A stretch of 63,993 bases of DNA, filler included. It is 4 parts of 4 records of this genome, joined end to end, with 100 filler letters (N's around TTAATTAATTAA, not from the genome) between each part and the next. Parts side by side here need not be neighbours in the genome. Positions count along the whole stretch, not along the records: positions 57,900 to 63,993 come from DRR378314_302; 3 more parts are not named here. One strand, given 5' to 3'. Positions 58,268 to 63,993 of this stretch are shown here, one piece after another. The number at the start of each line of letters is the position of its first letter. Position 1 is the stretch's first letter. The position numbers and the translations under genes were made by a program. Under the pieces are notes generated by a model. The model saw only the letters and a program-made list of their open reading frames with translations. It was not told the DNA's origin and searched no databases.

Positions 58268-60832
58268 GAGTCAGTGGCGACGGGCTTGCGGGAGCGTGGG
58301 AGGACTCCGCAGCCTTCCGGTCAGGTGCGCCGCCGCGACTTTCGCGGAGAGCAACCATTGTCACGCGTCACCGCGTCCATTGCATGAACGGTGGCCAAGC
58401 GATGAGCACCGCAGTACATGCATGGGAGAACATCCAAAGTGGTGTAGATAATTTTCTTCTGCGTCATTCTTTGATGGAGGGCACCGAATTCGAATCCTTC
58501 TGCTGACGCGTGCAGACTCGCCGGCCGATGCGTGGAGAGAGGAGTACGCCGCGGAAGCGCAGCAGCGCGCGCTCTGGGAGCAAGGTACGGCGCTTTCCCG
58601 CGATGGGCAACGCGCACGGGCCCCTATCGTACATGATGATCTATTGTGTGTCACTCCGCTCATGCTATGCTCTCACCATGTACGTGTACGTCTCTATTAT
58701 ACAGCCGCTGCGGAGCACGAAGCGCAGCACCATGCATTGCACGCGGCGTTTGCCGAGGTATGCTGCCTGGCAACAAGGCTCTCCGCTCTCGTGCGCAGAG
58801 TGCGCTGCCGTTCTCCACTGCGCTCTTGACACTGGTATTCTCACGCCCAAAATCTCAAATCTTCTACAATGTCACCCATACGGCCGCCTACAGGCAACTT
58901 TAGGCGGGTCAACAGAAGAAGACGAGCTTGAGGCATGGGTTGGCGAAATGGCACTCGGCACAGACCCGATGCACAGCGCGCGAGGTGGTGCGGACGCTTT
59001 CGACAGCGCGTGGCTCGCAGCAAGTCTTCCAGGTGCGTCCACGCAGGCTTACTGCGTAAGAATTTGACGCAGCAGAAAGAATCATCGATTCATTGCATCT
59101 CATCGCTTACCGGCAATTCCTTTTCTCTTTGTGTAACGAGTGTCACTTTGTCGTACTACCGGCAATTGGGCTATGAGCGCTTCCCAGCGTTTCTTGCACC
59201 TCCCACACGCTGTGGGCCGCTCACTGTTGGCCCCGCGCGTTTCCACATTTTCGTTTGCGACGCCCGCAGACGAATCGGCGTCGACCTCAGGATACGGAGG
59301 CGAGCGCGAGAAGACAGATACTGAATCGTGGTTAGAAGAGGTATGCGGGGTAGCGGCAATTTTATTCTGTTGTTCATTCTTTTTTGGCACATGGCTCTTC
59401 GCGCGCAGCTGCTGGATTTCCTCTGTTGCGCTTCGAGACAGCGAGACACGGGCTCCTTGAGCCCTTGCCGACAACGCGCCAGCCTCTCACGCATGCGCAT
59501 ATGGCAGCATCGATGCGCTGGCTCCCTGCAGTATGCAAATCATCTCTCCCTCCAAGATCAGCGGGTTTTTGCTCCACATATAAGCGAATACGATCCGGCG
59601 ACAGGGCCATCAGGGTACGTAGTGTGGGTGACGCTCTTCCATGTCCTCCTCCGAGCATACGTCTTCGAACTCCGTAGCACCTGCTGCGCTTGCCGCCGTG
59701 GGTGGCTGGCGCGGCGTCGCGTCGCAGTACATCATATCCCGATGCACATCTTCAACTTTCATATGTTTACTACATGTATATTGCATAGGATGTGCGTGTG
59801 TTCGTTTGAGCAACGTGCTGGTTGCGGGGAATTCGTGGCGGCGTGGTGTGCTTCTTCACCGCCCCAGTGCGTGAGCCCCTTTGGGAAGCTTACGATCGAC
59901 GATTCCTTCAGATTCTCGTGCCGCCAGGTTCTCCGGCGCACCGCGACTCGAATTGATCGAGACTTTTGGGCCGTGTGATACAATGCATTCCTTCTACCTT
60001 TAGCGGCGAATGGCTGAGTCCGACGATGCCTTCGGATGGCGTGCGTCAGCGGATCGAGGAGCTCGAGCGCGCAGCGACTGATGCCTCTCGCACCGATCGT
60101 CCTGCACCGGACGCGTGGCGCGCGCTAGCTGGCGTGTGGCGCCAGCTGGGCGATCGGAAACGCGCTTGTACTGCGCTGCAGTACTTGGCGCGCGACGAAG
60201 GCGATCCACTATGTCTCGTGGATGCTGCACTATGCGCTGCTGAAGCTGCAGACAAGCCATTGGTGGAGAGACTGGGGCGCGAGTTTGCCGCATGTTTTGG
60301 CACACCGGATGCCGCTGCCGAGCAGGATGCGCGGGAAGCGCTCCGCAGAGCGATGCCGTCTGCCGATGGAACGCCGGCGAGCGCTGTGCTGCAACGCGCC
60401 ATTCTTGCCCTCTTGGGCGCCCTTTCGCTCTGTTCTTCACAGCCCGAGGATGCAGCTGCTTGCTTTGCACGAGCACAACGAAGCGCGGCGCAGCAGCAGG
60501 GCGACGATAGGGCGCGCGCGCTGCAGCGGCTGGAAGGGCGCGCTCTCTCGCGTGCCGGGCACCGCTCGCGTGCCGCCGCGATCCTGCAGTCGTCGGCGGA
60601 GGATTCTCCGAGCGATCCGCAGGCGTGGGAGGCCCTGATGCAGCACCTTGCGGATGCTGGAGCACCCTTGCAGGCGGCGCGCTGTGCTGTGCGTGCAATA
60701 ACGCTGCGTCCGCATCGACAGCTGTGGGATGAGCTGGGAATCCTTTGTCTGGCTGCGGGGCGTCCTGATGCCGCTGATGCAGCCGCTGCATACGACTTGG
60801 AAAGTGTCGCCAAAGCTCTCCGCCCCGGGTAG
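58268..60832 (+). CDS. Divergent PEX5-like protein (WxxxY motifs plus C-terminal TPR domain), 5' end not resolved
   Basis: Phase-consistent exons 58268-58324, 58516-58584, 58705-58757, 58894-59032, 59270-59340, 59532-59614, 60004-60832; acidic N-half with WREEY and WLEE|Y; TPR helices; C-terminus LWDELGILCLAAGRPDAADAAAAYDL resembles the PEX5 tail. Confidence 0.7.
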
Positions 60833-61131
60833 CAGCGAGCTCGTCGATTTGCGCGGCGCCGCAGCGAACAACGGGAAATACAAACGTCTGTACATTAATA
60901 TTCTTCACCTGTAACACACTGGAATGCAAAATGAAGAGTCCGTCGCAGATCGAGCTGCGCTGCAATTCCCTTTCTGCTAATCGATTCGTGGCATTGTACT
61001 TTCGCGCACACCATCCGTGCGCGCTTCTTGTCCACACAGCGGTGAGGCAGCACCGCATCCTGTGCATGCTACTTGGTTCTTCTTTTTTGTAAAAAAAAAA
61101 AGGAAACGAACCAAAGCCGCGCTGACATTGC

Positions 61132-62280
61132 CTACTTTAGCGCATCTAATGCACCAGATTGCACTTCGCGTAGAAACCAAGGGGTAAACTTTTCTGGCTC
61201 TGCCGAAGCCTGCGCAATGATGTCGGAAGCAGGTACCCAGAACGCTTCCGAGACTTCCTCTTCGTCAATTCGAATCTATACGCAGAGAAAATACGAACAA
61301 CGGGAGGATTGTATTTTTTCAGTACAGCCAGTCAGCGCAATGGTACGCATCTCGCGCCGTACTAGGCTGTCTGTACATCGCCCGAAGATCTCCGTCCCTA
61401 CACTTCCCGCGGAGCAATTCGGCAGTTTTTTACACGGGAGTGCGCAATCCTGTCGTGACGCTCTCTTCCGCTGCTCGCTACCAAGCCTTGCCGCAGTGAA
61501 TACCGTACCTCTGACGAAACAACAATGGCAAACGTTTGCACAAATTCGCGATCCCGGACATCCTTGTCCTCGTAAATTGTTTCCGAGAGCCACGTGTCTC
61601 GCAGGCGCACCAGCTGAGAGGGTACGAGCGTTAAGCCGAGCTCTTCAGCAGCACCTGCACGCACGGAAGTCGCCGCGACGCGCAGCAGCAGCAAACGCAA
61701 GGTGCACGTGCTCATCGCGTTGGGGTGCTGCACTGTGCCAGCCAAGAACCGTTTTCGTTACCTTCTCGAGACAATATTATATCATCTCACTTCCACAGAA
61801 TGTGATGTTGGTACAATTAGGATATAGGAGCCTGAAACAGTGTGCTGCAGCGCCATACCTCGAACGGCGGCGTCGCTGTGCGACTCGCCAACTTTCAAGT
61901 GCTCACCAACGGAGAGATCCAGCAGTCCTGGGCAGACATCCTTCGCCTGCAAGAAAGCAGCGTGCGACAATGGGGACGTACAGCGCAACACGAATTTAAT
62001 ACACTTTTATGGAAATGCACAGTTCGGGAGAGATCGTCGACAAGAGGCACTGAGAAGTGCCGCACAATCGCTTCCTCGTCGGCACCAGCGTGCGCGCCCA
62101 AAGCGCTCAGCGACGTACAGCAGACCTGCGCTGAACGAGCATGCGCAGTTGCCGGTCGAACACGAGCAGGTTTGCGCTTCTATGATACAGGCCTTCGCGA
62201 TGAACATCGCGGCGGAACGCTTGGCCGCAAGGCGTGTTCTCAGCCGTGTAAATTTCGAATACTTCGCTTCCGTCCGCCAT
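61132..62280 (-). CDS. Nudix hydrolase of the IPP-isomerase-like fold (4 exons)
   Basis: Exons 62280-62119, 61946-61859, 61654-61509, 61275-61132; VHREGLYHRS, LVQRRSAAKDVCPG, AAVRGAAEELG, DREF, EEEVSE, KFTPWF. Confidence 0.85.
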
Positions 62281-62672
62281 ACTGCGCAAGGGACAGAAAA
62301 GCGGCCGCGCTCCGCCGGCTGGCAGCGCGTCGCTACGCGCCTGCCGCTAGGGCTAGGGCAAGCGGCGGCGGGAAGAGACCCGCGCGCGCACGCGTGCTAG
62401 AATTGGCTCGTTCGCCGCTCCGCGCCGGCAGCGGGTCCGCGCAGCGCACTCGCGAGCGCTGCAGAGCGCAGCGAGCCTTCTCCCCATTAGCGTGCGACAA
62501 GCATTTTCTCCTATGTGGGGGGGGGTCTCCTGCGGCCAGGAAATATTCGCCCGTAGAAATGGTAACGGTGGCGCAACAACATTCATTTCGTGTCTACAAA
62601 TACGAGTAAAACACCGATACCCCAGATAAAGCATGAAGCCTCCTGTCGCCAGACCACTGCAGAAAGTGCGCA

Positions 62673-63876
62673 CTACGTCGACAGCGTGCTCCCCTGGACG
62701 TTTATCGATAGCGACACGCTCCCTGTCATATCGTCAACATCTAAGATGACAGAAGGGACTTCATGGGGATCATCATTGTCGCTGTTGCGATGCTCTATGC
62801 GCACAATTCCCTCCTCCAAGGCAGGCGCGCTGCCATCTTCCTCGCGCCGCTGCGTGCACGATTTTGACGACTCCGGCAATGCGTTGTCATCAGAAACCTG
62901 CCACGTTGATGGCCCTTTCCTCGTTGGAGTAGACTCTTCGTCCATGTCCATATCTGCACATGCGCATTTCACATTTCCAATCACAGTAAATGTACATAAA
63001 GGGACAGCAATCAGCGCAAATTGCGAGCACAAAACTGCAGGAGAGGCGGACGCGGGGAACACTTTGCTTACATCTGTGATACGTTCCCCGGAAGCAGTCT
63101 CGCGCGTCCATCTCTCGCCTCGACACAAGGACCTACCAACCTTTTCAAATCGAATAGCAAGATCTACTATGAATTGCTTTCATGGCATGTAAAGCGAGGC
63201 TCATGGAGGAGCAAGTCCTTGGTGACGTTTGCATCGTACCAGCGGCACAGTCCAAGTCGAGCTTGCGCTTTCGGAGTTTAGCCATCGCGACCGCTGAATC
63301 ACACAAACACAGAACGATAATAATTGTTATTATCAGATGAAATAGAGGCGCGCGTGCTCTCGCTGCATCTTAGCCGTCCTTGCGGCCTCCCAGCCAGAGA
63401 GGGAGATCGTATTGCATTTCGCGAGGCTCGTCAGCAGAGCGGTCACAAACACTGGCGCGCTGCCAAGCCGTAACCCACGCGTTTCCGCCGAAACCCGTAG
63501 GATATAACATATTTCGACGCAACGGACACATCATACACACACCGTAGTATAAGAGTCTACGCTAGCGCGTTTTGCACTCTTTGGACGAGACTCCGCTTCC
63601 GAGTGCAGACGCGCAACACGTACCACTGAGTGCATCGGCAGCTTCGAGAGGAATTCGCACGTCGTTAGCAATGACCATACAATCACCCGCGTCAATTCCG
63701 TTGGCGCTATCGAACTCCAGTACAGTGCCGACAGTATTGTCTTTTATATTATCGTGTGAGCTTGTATGCCAGGGAACCGTCATGTCGGGAAGACACAGCA
63801 GATTAAAAATCAAAAGGACGCGCCCGACTCGTATCAAAGACCCATCGAACAGCGGCGCTGGTGACTCCACATACAG
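62673..63876 (-). CDS. 3' exons of a probable FHA-domain protein with acidic disordered tail (5' part outside the window)
   Basis: After acceptor ctgcag at 63877: PAPLFDGSLIRVGRVLLIFNL resembles the last strands of an FHA domain; acidic terminal exon ending at 62673. Confidence 0.45.
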
Positions 63877-63962
63877 CTGCAGGGTAGTGAGAGTAGCGCA
63901 CATCATACGCGTTCGCAAACATTCTGAGACACGAAACTACAGCTGCTTTCTTGCAATCTTTT

Positions 63963-63993
<31 letters not shown>

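Overview
The window is four unrelated contigs joined by three identical 100-nt artificial linkers (44 N + TTAATTAATTAA + 44 N) at 20198-20297, 43011-43110 and 57800-57899. Contig 1 (1-20197) is high-GC, gene-dense bacterial DNA that reads like a marine gammaproteobacterium (Alcanivoracaceae-like is an impression only). It carries mmsR/mmsA/acyl-CoA dehydrogenase/mmsB, an orphan ectD, an amidase, a HAD hydrolase, split LigD phosphoesterase and polymerase genes, hemerythrin, soxR with a sox-box-driven FMN reductase, an ABC pair, an aminotransferase, a ThDP enzyme, a peroxiredoxin, an SDR, an MpaB-like oxygenase and a katG 3' end. Contigs 2-4 are eukaryotic, with GT-AG introns and microsatellite or homopolymer ends. 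Contig 2 holds the most striking feature: a ~1,100-codon fusion of a heme-oxygenase-like diiron domain, a SAM methyltransferase and a TauD-type Fe/2OG dioxygenase, interrupted by one in-frame TAG and lying in a lower-GC tract. It also holds a kinesin with eroded ATPase motifs, a coiled-coil gene and an mTERF gene. Contig 3 is a cytoplasmic dynein-2 heavy chain gene. Contig 4 has a divergent PEX5-like gene lacking the PTS1-binding asparagines, an IDI-like Nudix hydrolase and the 3' end of an FHA-like gene. All calls are by-eye motif recognition; no searches were run.
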